A stretch of 64,000 bases of DNA from Eledone cirrhosa. Its lineage: Eukaryota. Made by a program: the position numbers and the translations under genes. Position 1 is the first letter of the stretch. Each line of letters begins with the position of its first letter. The notes under the pieces were generated by a model that was not told where the DNA came from, did not search any database, and saw nothing but the letters and a program-made list of their open reading frames with translations. Of the stretch, positions 61,184 through 64,000 are shown piece by piece. Location of the stretch: contig OZ024746.1 of the NCBI GenBank assembly GCA_964016885.1, positions 28,210,001-28,274,000 of the forward strand, in the 5' to 3' direction.

Positions 61184-61461
61184 AGAGAAAATTGAGGTTG
61201 GTAATGGCACATGGAATATATAAAAGACAGAATACTTTTTTGTGAAAAAACATATAATTTTATAAGGTAAGGAAATAATAAAGGGTATAAAAAATGACCG
61301 GTTTCGATGGCTTTTGCAGATGGCTTTTGCAGACCCATCGAAACCGGTCATTTTTTAGACCCTTTATTATTTCCTTACCTTATAAAATTATATGTTTTTT
61401 CACAAAAAAGTATTCTGTCTTTTATATATTCCATGTGCCATTACCAACCTCAATTTTCTCT
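61184..61461. mobile_element. Near-perfect 127-bp inverted repeat with a truncated hammerhead (family H8)
   Basis: Arms 61184-61310 and 61335-61461, one mismatch seen. gatgg...ccatc-GAAA-ccgg-TC at the apex. Confidence 0.8.
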
Positions 61462-62503
61462 CTCTCTATATATATATATATATTTATATCTATCCTTTCC
61501 GAAGTAGTATTTTTGGTTTGTGTGGAAAAGTAGATTTCTTACCTCCATGTCTCTATCAACGTTTCGAGCTTCACTGTTCCATCTTCAAAATATGATTGGT
61601 CGTAAAGTATCGTGGAAGTACTCGTATGCCATTATAATAGAAAAAGGCATGCTCTCTCTCGTTTTTATTGTTACCCCGACCCCCGCAGTCAATGTAACAA
61701 CTAGAGATATGAAAGCGATGTAGTTTAACAATAACATTTTGTGAAGTTAAAAAGCAGAAAATTGCTGTGATGAGAAAGAGAACATAATATAGTTGAAACT
61801 GTGTGTGTGCGTATGTGTGTGTGTGTGTGTGTGTGTATTTGTGCGTGTGCGTGTGTGTGTGTGGGTGTGTGTGTGTGTGTGTGTGTTTATGTCCCTTAAT
61901 TTAGCGGTTCAACAAACATAGATCAAAACGATTAGTACGGGGAGAGATATGATCGACTAAATCAAAGCAATGCCCCAGCATGGCCACAGTCAATTGAAAC
62001 TAGAAAAAGAAAAAAAGAATTTAATAACATATTTATATTTACTGGCATTAATTATTTTCTGTTATTATTAATAAAACTATCTAATCTTTGTTATAAATTT
62101 AATATGTAACAATTATATTTCCCCATTTACGTATTTTCTAATATTGCGGCACTCTTTATAATCACAGTTTTATTATCCTCTCTTATTTCGTAATTCTATA
62201 ATATTTTGTCTGTGGAATTTTAAGAACGTCCCAACAAAATTGCCTGAGACACATTAGATATATAGAAAAAAAACTGTTGTCAGTTTATGAAACAAAAGAC
62301 GACTTATATAATCCGGGAATATAAGCTGAAAATATTTGCTCGTTGAAATCAGGATAATACTTAATATGACTTTGACAGACAGGATTTAGAGAAACACCAC
62401 GGCAAAGATAATAAACACTTTGAAGCAAGTTGTATACTTTCCAGTTACTCCCGCCCTCTCCCCCCCAAAACACATAAAAGTAATATATATATATATATAT
62501 ATA

Positions 62504-62715
62504 TTTCGTTTCTGAATTTGTTTAGCAAGATTCTTTATCTGAAAAAGTGTTTTGAAACCGATATTGTTATGCTTTGGGAGGGTCATGTTGCCAATAAGAA
62601 ACACACGCACCAGTTGCTTTCACTTCAATTTATTATAAATTAAATTTATAATAAATTGAAGGGAAAGCAACTGGTGCGTATGTTTCTTATTGGCAACATG
62701 ACCCTCCCAAAGCAT

Positions 62716-62721
<6 letters not shown>
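62504..62721. mobile_element. Truncated fold-back copy of family H5 (no ribozyme retained)
   Basis: Palindrome with apex ~62640; arms match the tails at 39604-39690 and 51621-51760. Confidence 0.8.
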
Positions 62722-62793
<72 letters not shown>

Positions 62794-62833
62794 TTGTATG
62801 TATATATATATATGTATGTATATATATATATAA

Positions 62834-62859
<26 letters not shown>

Positions 62860-62864
<5 letters not shown>

Positions 62865-63308
62865 CGATATTAAACAAATGGAAACTATATTTATAAAACC
62901 ATATCTATTTCATTATACATATTTCAGGGATACCATATTAAAAATATGGCATGCCATCTTCAGATAAAATACAATATATAAGCAGTTTTATAAATAAATT
63001 TGACGTACCATAAAATATTGATCAACTTCCATTTAAAAAAACCAACTTTTTTAAATGGAAGTTGATCAATATTTTATGGTACGTCAAATTTATTTATAAA
63101 ACTGCTTATATATTGTATTTTATCTGAAGAAGGCATGCCATATTTTTAATATGGTATCCCTGAAATATGTATAATGAAATAGATATGGTTTTATAAATAT
63201 AGTTTCCATTTGTTTAATATCGTATATCTACTCCAAAACTTGTTAAGTGCTTTATATCAGTTATAAAATATTTACTCGTTGTAACCCAACAATTTAAAAT
63301 AAAACTTT

Positions 63309-63310
<2 letters not shown>
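62860..63310 (+). mobile_element. Family H2 element with a ~180-bp 5' fold-back
   Basis: Arms ~62860-63040 and 63047-63227, loop accaac. CTGAAGA at 63124, stem II atgccatatt/aatatggtat, GAAA at 63162. Confidence 0.8.
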
Positions 63311-63356
<46 letters not shown>

Positions 63357-63567
63357 TATATATATAAATCGATGTAAAATTTATAAGGATCATGTGGCTC
63401 TATGATAGCTCACTGATAGAATTGAAGCTAAACATCATAGGCCTTAGATCGGTTGCACAACTGCAAATATCACAAGAAACAGCAAATCTAAAATTTTACA
63501 GAGAATGATATAACTGGGCTAAAAAAAAAACGAGATAGACAGAGAAATATTATATTTACATATCTCC

Positions 63568-63748
63568 GGTGGATTGGCAGTATCAGTAGAGGCTTGGACG
63601 CCATGCTTTCCAGCATAGTTACGTCCCTTTACGATCTGAGTTCAAATCCCGCCGAGGTTGACTTTACCTTTCATCCTTATGGGGTCGATAAAATAAAGTA
63701 CCAGTAATGCACTGGGTAATTGCTGGCCTTGTGCCTAAAGTAGAGACA
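63568..63748 (+). mobile_element. Full-length SINE family A with 19-bp TSD
   Basis: attatatttacatatctcc at 63549-63567 and 63749-63767. Confidence 0.95.
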
Positions 63749-64000
63749 ATTATATTTACATATCTCCTAAGTCTCTATAAGACATATATGGTAACATTTC
63801 ATGACAGAATCATGGCAGAAATCAACATTTCCGTTGAATCAGCAAATGGTGAAACTAAGAACTAGCATTCATGAGTAAGCATCTTGTAAATCCAGAAAAA
63901 AAAAAGATCCCTCCAAATAGGGGGCCAGCCATTGTTCAGGCCACCTATAGAATAAAATAAAAACAAAATTATAATTATAACGATATATATATATATATAT

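Overview
AT-rich, repeat-saturated eukaryotic DNA, most likely intronic or intergenic sequence from an octopod cephalopod. The taxon is inferred from the tRNA/CORE-type SINE families and the microsatellite load. No intact protein-coding gene is recognisable, and all long ORFs in the track are simple-repeat artefacts. The window holds about 25 copies of a young tRNA-derived SINE (several with clear TSDs), two older SINE families, decayed LINE ends (CR1/L2-like, RTE x3, Tx1/L1-like, CRE-like), hAT and Tc1/pogo MITEs, and a Helitron-like element. Tandem repeats include an 8-kb 49-bp satellite built from a SINE A-box head, a 54-bp minisatellite and multi-kb (TA)n tracts. The most notable signal is about ten sequence-unrelated families of short elements in or beside (TA)n tracts, each carrying a complete or truncated minimal type I hammerhead ribozyme motif (CUGANGA...GAAA, often with a palindromic stem III and a downstream AATAAA). 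Many occur as fold-back inverted repeats, and in two families the apex falls in the putative ribozyme stem II. They are best interpreted as Penelope-like pLTR or retrozyme remnants. All calls were made by eye; family names are provisional.
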